This document shows positions 14,101 through 26,100 of a stretch of DNA of 64,000 nucleotides, one piece after another (the first letter of the stretch is position 1; each line of letters starts with the position of its first letter). Below the pieces are notes generated by a model that searched no databases, was not told the DNA's origin, and saw nothing but the letters and a program-made list of their open reading frames with translations. The stretch comes from Mytilus californianus. Lineage: Eukaryota. The position numbers were made by a program, and so were the translations under genes. The stretch lies in NCBI RefSeq assembly GCF_021869535.1, contig NW_026262712.1:38874001-38938000 (forward strand), written 5' to 3'.

Positions 14101-17100
14101 ATACAGTTTTACCAATATAACTTTCTCTTTATTTGATTAGCTGGAGGTAAGTAAAACTTCATTATTATATTTCATAATAATTTGTTTGTTATATCATGGA
14201 AGTCACAATGAGAAGAGGGGATACTTCTGTTCTAGGGCAGTTGTGTGTTTGTGTTTTAAACATGTGTTTCATTTTAATCTTTTGACCATTGTATTGTACA
14301 TGTTGTATTTTCGTCCCTCTCTGACTTACGATTTCCAATTGATCTGCCCTGAATGAATGAACACTGTTCGTCAATGAGACAGAAACCTGAAATAAATATG
14401 GCAACATACAGTCCTTTATCATAGACAAGTGTATATAAAATATGTACCTTCTTGACTATTTTTAAATCCAAACATTTTGTCGATTTGGATAGGGAAAATA
14501 AAAAGAAAAGGAGGAATGGGACAAACATGAATGACACATAAGTCCAAATCATACCAAACCTTTCAAGCCAATTAAAAATAGATATCCTGGTGTTACCATA
14601 AACACTTAATAAATGGATCATTCTCACCACTCACACCCAACAACCACACATGTTCTAGCCTATACAGGTTGAAAATTAATTTCTGGTTGGACGACCGAAA
14701 TGCATCTAATGAAATGACGAAATGGCAGGTAAACAATTTGTGGATGACTTTAATGTAAAATAAAATGAGCGATTGGTCAACTATGATGTTCGTATACTAA
14801 CATTGCTACTTAGCGGAGCAGCAATGATAATATTGCTGATCCGAAATGCTACATATACACTCAATAGATTGCAATAACTGTATAACCTAATTACACCTCC
14901 CAAAAAAGTATTATCATGTCAAAAATGAAGATGTAAAGGATTTAAAATTAAAACATTTTAGTGGAAAATCTTTCTGCTTTTGTTATACATTCTTCTAAGC
15001 ATATCATATGTTCTTCCGTTAATTCAGTTGCACATTTTGCCAATAAACTTTCAACTAAACGTCTCTCATACTGATAAACAAGCTAGTTGTAGTATTTACA
15101 TTGTGAAATAATCAGTAGGTCAATAAGATCAACATGATCAAATGGAACTTCTGCGTCAAAACTATCATTGTATTTCAGTCAATTGTTCTTTTACATATCT
15201 TATAAGTATTATTATGAAATGATGTGCAAAAAGCAAGGGAGCGAATCATGTTAAAATTTATTTGTTTTTCATATACTTTGACGTTTTTCTCTATTCTGTT
15301 CCTATTATTAATTTCGATCTGTGAGTTTGACTGTCCCTCTGGTATCTTTCGTCCCTCCTTTGTCTAGGTCAGAGATAACGTCAAGCTTTCTTTCCATTGT
15401 ATTTCAAACCTTTCCTTTTATTGATTACGATGGTTATTGTTTACTGAATAATGTAAAAACAATCTTTTATTTATTGTAGCAGTGGGTAAGCATAATTTTT
15501 GAATTTATCCTTATTCGGACTTCAAACTGATTCGTTGCATTACAAAATAAGAACAAATATTTGGATAACAAGTAATATATAAGATCAATTGATATCTGAT
15601 TGAACACAAAGCTTAACAATATTTTACTATTTTATACCATAATGTGCAAAATTCGACAATAATCTGGACGTCCCATAATACTAAGAAACCTCAACATTTC
15701 TTTTCTAATTCTTATTACGTCCTGTTTTGTATCTAGTTTGACATGTGCAAGCCTATTTGATGATTTCAATACAATCGTTTTTTGTAAAACTCAGAAAACT
15801 AAAGCTTTAAAATATCTGTAGAAATATATGCCATTCAATTAATCGTCTTATTTTCATGCAAACTAATATACTGATAATGTTAACTATACAATAGCAAAGT
15901 CATTCGAAATGAAGAAAAATGTTTTTATTTTTAATTTGGTGTCTTGATTTGTTTTACACGACAAGAGTAACACAAAGAAGGCGGAAGATACACAAGGGAT
16001 ATCATGAGTCAAAGGCTGATAACGTCATGGTAAATTTACAAAAACCACCAAAAGACAAACAACAGTCTACAAAACACAATTTTAGAAAACTAAAGACCAT
16101 CAAAAAAAGGGTTCTTTTAAGTCATCCAGAAGAGTAAGTAGATCATGCTTTATATGTGACACCCGTTGTGTAGCACAGAAAAGTACGAATTCGGCGATTA
16201 GTTTAATTCTGTTATAACAAATTCGAGGACAAGAGGACGGGACTGTGATAACAACAATTAAAACACAGGAACATACTGGAATGTTACTGCAAGAAATGAA
16301 AAGTTTACAATTGAAAAGCTACATTCAGCTCTTTTGTCCAAAGGTTTTGTTCTCACCGGCCCTTGCTGTTAATTTCTAGATTTAAATCAAGATATAAGGC
16401 AAACTTTATTTTATATATTGAGTCCTTTGTTTAAAGTTTGATGGGCTAGATGCGTTCAACATGGTCACTTAACTTTTAAATATTCAGTGTAAGGACATCA
16501 TCCATATAGCGGAACATAAAGTTAAAAGATAATGGCAGCTTCTGTTTATTCCTGTATGAAATCATGCCTCATATGAATAAAGGAACAAGTCGGAAAAAAG
16601 AGGAGCACAGTTGGTTTCCATGAGAGCTCCAATTGTTTGTTGGAAAACGCGTTTACAAATATGTTGTTTATCAAGAAATCGAGCATCTTAATAATGTTTG
16701 ATTTTTCTCTCCCTAAAACACGATATTTGTATATTCGTTGTCAATTCCTTTTATATAAAAATTAAAAAAACGACCAATTATTTTCAAATCTTTAAGTTTG
16801 GATTGTGGACGATTTTTACTGTAAGGGGTATAAAAGTAAAAAGAGTATATACTATTGTAAGAGGAAAGGGTCAAAGTCCAACTATCGATTAGGCAGATTA
16901 GAAAAGATACAATTATTAAAAAATCATTAGGTTCCAAATCCCTTAGGCAAAGTTTATCTTAGATGTATTTTTGTAATTCGTTAAGGCCCCGTATGACCAT
17001 AAGGCTTTTCCGTGTTTATGTTCTTATCTATGCTTGGCATACAATGATTCTGGTATAAGCCTTGCTAATCGAGATAACTCGAAAAAACGCTTCAAAGCAG

Positions 17101-20100
17101 CATATCTATAAGGTGTTGCTTTCTTTTTTTAAGGTTAAACTTTTCGATTCAAGAGGTCAGCCTTCACAATTGATTGTTTAGATCAATTAGATCTAATGTG
17201 AACCTTCAATATTTCATTTCAAATATTTTATTGATAGGTGTACTTTTTTGCTGTTTATCTTACTTTCAGACATATTCCTTCAATTGCTTTCTTTATTCAA
17301 TTTGTTCTTGTTTATGCATTTAATTCTTTTTTATCGTTTATAGCAAAAAGGGAGCTTTTCTGTAAGTATGGTTATATTATGTTATTCGGTTTGTACTCAC
17401 AAGAAGCATGTATACTAAACCTTCTTAAAGAGAAAGACAAAAAACAGCGTGCAAGGGTCTTTGATTTTTACTTTTAGGTATATTGATGCTGTCTTATCAC
17501 TTTATAACTAACAGTTCAATGAGTTAATTACGGTTTGATTCATATCATGATGTTGTCATTCATATTGACGACCTTGAACTAAAATCTATTACATACGTGG
17601 AGGTTTATCATTCCAATTATCATCAGTAACACTCCCCCTGTCGAATCGTATGGCGTTTACTTATCTCAATTGAAACGTAACATTCCTACTTGTTCATACT
17701 ATACGGACCTAAGTAACAGTGGTGTACTCCTTACACAAAATTAACTCTAGTAATACGGAAGCTCGACTAAAATCAAAACACATTAAGTTTTACGGTCACT
17801 ATAACGAATTAGTTGGCAGATACGATGTGTCGGTCCTAAGTCAATAGCAACATGTTTTCGCAGTCTTAAATCTTTAGATAGCATTACAATCTTCTGATCT
17901 GTAAATCTACTGCTTGTGTCCTATTGTAACTGTTGCAATTCGCACGACCGATGAGTAAAGCAAAGCATAAAGCGTTTAGTCTGTCAATGTACCGATTTCG
18001 CTCCTTTTAGCCTTTATGCAATTACCTCTGGTTTTTGTACCTTACTGTCGCCTTCAATAGAATTCCTAACAGTGTGTGCATTACTTCTAATGTTTTGGTT
18101 TTCGTTTTCCATGGTAAGGTAGATCGGGTGTTTTTTTTTTTTTTTTTTTTTCTGAGGATCCCTTCTGGCATTGTTACAAGCATACTTTTTGAGTTTAAAA
18201 TTAGTTTTGTAAGTATTAATTGATTTACAACAGAATTATCTAATGCTTTTAAAAAATTTAAAGATTAAACAATAAAAAAAATAACGTGTATTTAATATTT
18301 TGTTAAATCCTTTTAAAGTCAAGGTCATATAAATATATTGAATTTGATAAGACAAGTTGAGTTGTTTTAGATTTAAGAAAAAAAAATGCCCGTGACCCCT
18401 TGTTTTAATTTTATATTTGGAAGTACATGTATTTATGAAAAGCAATTCTCGCATTGAATTTTACCCAATTCTATCGTTTAATATTTCCTCAATAAGGACA
18501 AATAAAGTTTCCCCAATTTAATGTATATAACCCATATAAAATAACTGTGATTTTCAATGTATTTTAAGGAATAAACAAGGTCTGTGGTCCCCATTTTTTG
18601 TATTGATATTCGAAAATACTTTGACCTAGAAGTCGTTTTCAGATTTAAAAAAAATTATCTATCATCGAACATTTAGTTGGGTAAATAAAGTCATCAATCA
18701 TAATTAAAATAGACAGCAAGATACCTTCTGTGTTAAAACAAGTTTAATTCAATTCTGACAGATGTTTTACAACCAATGATATTTACTCTGAATACTCTAT
18801 CTATTGTTGATGTTTTTCTTCAAAACAGGGCTGAACTTTTTGAAATTGACAATGTTCCCCTCACTTGGCATCTTTTTTTTATCCGTCATAAACTTTTTTG
18901 TCGAATAGAGTGCATTATATCCAATACATATCTTGTTTATAGAAATGTCATTTTCATTAAACATCGCCATGCATTCATTTGACATGTATATTATTATCAG
19001 TTAAGTTATTGTACATATAATTTGTATTTCAGTCCTTGTAAGGAATGTGGGTAAGCGTTTTTTATTTTTTTCTGATGAAGATGATGGCTAACTAATGTCG
19101 ATGATTAGCTGATAGCTTCAATCCCAAAAATAAAATAAAACATAAACCAACAAACGCTTTAATATCATGAATATGTTACAGATAATTTAAGATGACATAT
19201 TGTGAGTAGAGAAGTAGTGCTATATTGGTATATTAACACATTGAAAATGGTATAGTGTAGTTCTTTAGAAGAATAAACATAACCAGATAAAAAGTAGTTC
19301 ATGTAAATTGATTTATGTTGTTAGCGTCAACGGTATTGGAAGGCCACCGAAATTGCTTTCAAGGGGTCAACAATAAGGGAGAGATTGAACACCAAATAAT
19401 GTCAACTTGAAAAAGTAAACAATATTACATAAAACAAAAAGGAAGAAACCAGATTGAAAAGCGGAGCGCAAGTACACGTCTTTGGTTATAACAGCTATTC
19501 CTTTATTAAATCTACAGAAAGAAAAGATTGTTGTGTGGTAGCGAAAGCTTATTAACTTATACATATCAAGGCAACAGTAGTATACCAGTGTTCAAAAGTC
19601 ATAAATCGATTGAGGGAAAACAGATCCGGGTTACAAACTAAATCCGAGGGAAACACATCGACTATAAGAGGAAAAACAAAGGAACAACAGGAACACTGAA
19701 GTACAACAAAAACAAACGCCAACATACATAGAAACGAACTATTTGATAACAACTGCCATATTCCTGACTTGGTACAGGACATTTTAAGAAAAAAATGGTG
19801 GGTTGAACCTGGTTTTATTGCTAGCCAAACCTCCTGCTTTATGACAATGTTAAAAAATATCGCTAAAATGACAACACTACGTGACAGAAATACAGCACAA
19901 ACACACGCAAGAATATTCATCACATAGAAGCGCTCAAACTAATAATATAATAGTCGACACAACATGCAAACCGCAGAACAACAACAAACATATTCCATCA
20001 ACGACAGACACCATAGTATATACTATATCTTCCTTATCATTTGAATGGCTTGAAGTTGTTGCTGGTAATTAAAACAAATTCTTTGCATTAGAAATATTTC

Positions 20101-23100
20101 TTTATTTCGGATCTAATGCCTAATTTCATATTCATTAAAGACTAGGTCTTTCCAAGAAAGCAAATATATCGCGTGGAATATCTGAATTTATATTTTGTAC
20201 AAGACAAGACTGATTTACTGCCAATTGAATTTAGTTTTTCTTAAATTGTCCTCAACACTAGATTTGTCATTCATCTAATGAAATCTTTTTTTCCATACAG
20301 TTCATCTTAATAAATTTTGCTATATGCTGCATGTATGAAGAAAACTTTACAATGATAATTTCCAAATTTACGAAATGTGGTACATGATTTCTGTGCGCAA
20401 ACCATGTAGTTTTTTTTTAATCTTCATTGTCTGGTATTGTAATAGACAAAACAAGTAATTATTTCCAAGGCTGATTGGTACCAGCATTGGACAAAATATA
20501 ACTTTTCAATCATGGTATTATAACAATTGCATATCCAACTACAAAGTGTTGTGAGTTGTCGTAAAACAAACAAACAAAAGTAAACACAAAATACAATTCA
20601 GTGTTAACTGGAGTGGCACTGTTGAGTGCAGCGCGTATGGCGTACACACGTTGATGAGATTTTACAACCATTGGATCGGTGCTACTACTGGTGGACATTT
20701 AGTGTCCGAGAGTACCACCATCCATGTAGTCAGCACTTTTGTGTTGACATGCAATATCATTGATGTGTTCAGTTTTTGTAAGTTTACTGTTTTTAAAAAG
20801 TTTATTATTTGAAACATAAGGCTTTTATACCCTCAGACAGACTGCTTTAGTTTTATTTGGCACAACTTTTATTACGAATTTTGGTTCTCTTCAGCTCTTC
20901 AACTTCGTATTTGATATTGCCTTCCAATTTTATAATTCGCGCACAACAAATGAGTCTAATGCAGACAAAAACGCTCTTCTTGCGTATACATTTATAAGCT
21001 TGGTATCTTTGATAATGAACAACAGCTTGTGGACGTTTCGTTCCCGAGAGTTTCTCCAGCCCAGTAGTCACAACTTTTGTGCTGACATGAAATATCATTG
21101 ATACGTTCATTTTATGTAAACTTTCTGTTTTTGAAATATGTAATTGTTCGAAACACTTAGGTTTTTCTATCCCCAGGTATAAATTGCCTAAGCCGTATTT
21201 GGCACTAATTTTCGGAATCTTCGACTTTTTAATTTATTTAACCTAGAATTTGATTTGGATTTCAAGCAATCAATTTCGTATGAAAGCAACCACTGCTTTA
21301 TGAATGTAATCCTCGCCGTATGAAAGCAACCCAGTATTTTAAAATTATTACCACCGTCTGACATATTAATGATCTCTATGCGTTGCATTGTCCATTTACT
21401 TTGTGCAAATAATCATTCTAGTGGAAAAAATAAAAATTGTATTTATAATAAAAAAGTTGGGCTGATATATTTTGTATATTGATTATTGATATAAATATAT
21501 ATAGCAATACAGTATTATGCTATGGTACAACGTTACAATATTAACTGAAACTTGATGAATATTTTAAGAGCTATCTGCTGGAATATCAATATCTTATGTC
21601 AATTCTAGCTTTATGACGTATTCTAATTGCTTTCATGTAGAATGACACTGCTTTAATTTCACTAGATGAGATCCGTCGACGTTTTGTGAATAACATTTAT
21701 TTGTTTTTGCTTAAAGATATTTACATTTAAGAAATGTAAGATGTGTTTTCGAAAATGTGTACGATATGAAAGCAAGAGTCCATTCAATCTTTAGCAAGAA
21801 GCACGGAAAAACTGTACTCAAGCGAGCGTTTTAAATAAACATTAAATTTTATAAATACAGTTATTGTATCCGTGAATGAGATTATTACTGAATAATTTGA
21901 TAGACATAGATATCGCATGTGTATTGCCTGTGCTTATAAACTATACACATGATTTTTTTTTTCAGAAAAAAATGGATGTTTGAATTGATTGAATAACTTA
22001 ATGAGGTACGGTCCTGATGAATGTTTCATCTGTAATAACTATAAACGATAACCAAGTACTTTTTACATAAAAAGTCTATCATTTACTTTCGTTTTAGGAT
22101 ATTTAACTGCTTGGAATTGTTCATGTAATGTTATGTATATCCAGATTTTAAATAATGTATATCCAGATTTTTAATAATTTATATCACGATTTTTAATAAT
22201 TTATATCACGATTTTATAAATATTACAGACTACTTTACCATTTCTAAAGGAATGACACCGCTAAATCGACCGTTAAACTACAAGACAAACAATGCGGACG
22301 TATGTTAGCACATTTATATGTTTTTTTTGTGTTTTGATTTTAATGAGATAAGAATAATGATACAATGGATTTTTGCCAATGTTGAATATATCTCCCTCAT
22401 GCAAAGCTCTGATTCATTGTCTTTATTTGGCTATACTTTAGATCCTTTGTTTAGCATTTGTATTACATTTTGGATATTCAAATAGTGTGGCCTAAAGCAT
22501 CACCGAAGACTTATTAATTGTCGAAATGCAGAATACATTGAAACTAGTACCATTTATGTTATTTGAATTATTCTATGTTTGTCAAGTCGGTGTCTTTAAA
22601 AGCTAGCTATATGTCAAATGTGTTTTGCTCTTTGTTGAAGACCTCATTTGGATTGATAGCTACACGTGTCTCTGGTTCTTGTGGTTCTCATCGACAATCA
22701 TACCACATGTTTGTATTTTTATATTAACAGACGACAGAAGACACATACTTACTAATAGATAAATAATAGTTTACCGGACTGAACTGTCAGATAGTATATA
22801 ACAAAAGGATATATATATATGATCAACGTCATCAACATTCAGAGAAAAATATGACATTTGCAATACCAAATACATGTATCGACAGGATGTAGGGCTATCA
22901 TGTTAATAACTGTATGGCAAATACATAGTCAGTTCAATTTCACAGTTTAGTTTAAAAACACAGATACAGAAAGCTGAGTTACAGACGACTAATTTACGAA
23001 ATAAATGAATGTACAAGATACATATTGTAGGTAGCAAGTATAAAATGATACCATATATACAGGTTTTAATGTCATTGTTGTTTACATAAAGACTGTACAT

Positions 23101-26100
23101 CTACTTCAATATTAAATCATTATTTTTTCAATACTACGTTTACAGAACAGGCCAAGCTATTCTAGTTGTGCTTTTTTAGCTTTCGAAACGCCATTTTTCT
23201 GTATGATATGATAAAAATAGAAATAACAAACAATCAAGCAGTTTTAACTGTAAACCAATCGAAAGAAACATAGTTTGTTTCGCATTGTGATTAACGGGAA
23301 GTGCTTTTTAGATTTGGTAATAACATTTTTGTTTGTCAAAGATTGTAAACATGGTAAATGATCCAATAAACCCGGAATTTTAATTGTAGCTATTTTGAGA
23401 TTTAATTGTTTAAGACAAATTATTAGTAAATAAACTTGTAAAAAAAATAAAGTTTTAGTTTAAATGCGATTAAGCTCCTTTTCCAAATATATTTTGTTTT
23501 CAACAACCGATAGTACAATTTAATGCTCTGCTGCAGACTCCAAAAATGGTGTCATCACCGTCGGAACATATATTACTTTAGATACATATCAGAATTTATT
23601 TTGAAATGTGTTCATCGATTATTGTTCCACGATTCAGATTGCGTTCAAGCATACAACCCCAAAGTCGTTCAGGTATGAGGCAACTAGAAAAATGTAAACA
23701 TCATAAAAACAAAAATCCATTTTTATCATGTTTTAATCAACAAATTAATTATGGATACAGTGTTGTCTTCTTCATATTCACCCAGAGATCATGAACAGTA
23801 AGATAGTAAACACACAGTTATGTCTACTTCTTCACCTATCAGAGTTTACAAAAAAGGATACTTTGTTTATTTCAGAAAATGTTGATAGACATATAAAATA
23901 TTAAAGAACCATTAACGGTATAAATTAATGGTTTGTATCTTCTTGTCAAGGACGGAGAATGCTCATCATCAACTAGTTTATCATTTTATTTGCCAGTTTG
24001 ATTGTCCGTTATGCATGTATCTATGTATTTCAATTGATAAATACAAAAACAAAAAAAAAAAAACAAAAAAAAAAACGTGGAAAATCTATGTCGAAAAAAA
24101 AAAAAATTTTGTAACCGCGAAACAGAATGAGCCAAAGTGCGTTTATCATAGGTGGCGTCGGTAAGATCTGTAATTACTTCCTTGTGAGCAGCAACTCTCT
24201 ATCATCAAAATCATGATAGGTAATGTAAGCCCTGGAACATATTTTCAACATGAAAATAATTAGGATATATGTAGGTGTTACTCAGTAACAATGTGTTAAT
24301 GGTTAAAACGTTGAGTCAATTTCAAAAACAATGCATCTGCGATATTCACATTATCTTAAGTCCATTATCCTAGAGGACTTTTGAATATTCTGTTTGCATC
24401 GTGTATCATTGATAGACACGAAGGTTGTAAACAGCAAATATTGAGTGGGATAAGATGGGATAAGATGGGGACAAAACAGAGCCACGGTGAACGACGATAT
24501 CCAAGGCCTGTACATTTTTATACAACATTAAGTATGCTAGAAGTAAGAAAAGTTATCCATCCAATTAATACCTATATTATATGAAAGTGTTCTTAATGAA
24601 CGTTTATTCACATGAGCAAACAGCTTGTACGTAGAAGATTTTTATCTTACATTTGATTTTTAAATATATTTTAGAACAAATCATTTAGAATTTGAAACAT
24701 ATTTGTATTTCATTCGATTGGTCAGTAGAATTACTTCTGTATGATTTTCTTTGAGGCAAATAACCACTAAATACATCAAAAACAAATATCTTTACTCATT
24801 ATTCACCTTAGTAAGTGGGTCTTACATATTTTGTACAAGAAAGAAAAACATGAGTGACTCATGCTAGCTTTATCATGGTAGTAAAGGTAACCATAAACTA
24901 TCATATTAAAGGCATGTTAAAATGTAATTAAGCAAACAATAGTGCCTAGTATCTTAACATTATGCTGATACAAAAGAATATTCATTAGACATTTGGAGCA
25001 ACATAATATTATTAAAACAGAGAAAAACGCATTTTTCAAAGACTAAGACACCCTTACTGTTATAGTGGGTTTTTTTTTGTCCATGCAATCGGAGGATTAA
25101 GATGTCGGTTCTTTTTGGTTCTGTTGTACTGTCCGATATGTTTGGTACTAAGTGTCATTGTTATGTAATATCTGCAATGTCCCAGAGTGTACGTGATGGG
25201 CATCTGTGAACATTCATGAATGATCCTTTATTATACTAAAAATTGAAATTAAAAACTCATAAGATGTGCAAAATTCATCCTACTCAAATGATGTACAAAT
25301 TAAACATCTAACTTTGTATTTTTTTCTTCTTTATTATTTTGGTAATTTACTATATTTAGTTCATTGTTTCAATTAATGTTATTTATTGAATTTGAACTTT
25401 ATGTATTCGATATAACCAAATTGAACATACCACCTTACTTTTCTATGTTATGGAACCCATGTAGACAACTGAATTTAAGACATATCGCCTTTTTGTAACT
25501 TTATGTTGTCATCTTTCATATCAACTTCAACTATTGTAGAAAGTTTTTATTTCTATTAGCCGGGGAAAAAATTATAAGATAATGATTCAGTCCGGAAAAA
25601 CTACAAGTTACGTAAAAGTATGAAAGTACAATGTTTTTGTTGCAGAACTGTTATTTTTTAAAACTTTAATTGTTAGACCCCTATTGTTGACTAGGGTATA
25701 AAAGTATGGTCAACATAAGCCTTCGGCTGTCCCGAGTTAAACAAAACCTTTCTAAAATGGGACGCTGTTAGCTGTATAGGATGTTAAAATACGCAGATAC
25801 GTGCGGTAGAAATATGGACATTACATATAACACCTTTTGAAGGAACAGTACCAGGCTCTGTGTAGGTTGAAGAACGCTTGTACCGTATGTAGACTTTTGT
25901 AATAGCTTCTCCTGTTAAAATTTTCCTTTGTTTTCCAGTGACAGTTCAAATGTCGAGACCTTCATCCCAGTCGACTTACTGCATGTACTGTTCAGAACCT
26001 TCCATTTGCATTACTTGTAAATTTAATCTTGTCTTGAATATGTATGAAACAGATGCCGATGGAAATTCAAGGAAGCAACAATCAAACACTATTTTTGGAA

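Noticed and set aside
21966-22005. 40-nt exon-like segment (ttttcag..GAG|gtacgg)
   Set aside because: It has stops in all three frames, so it was not included in the micro-exon model.
12750-22545. Further hammerhead-like motifs at ~12765, ~22500 (and ~3220)
   Set aside because: Core or stem II mutated (ACGAUGA/CAAA, CCGAAGA, T-C mismatch); these are dead relics.
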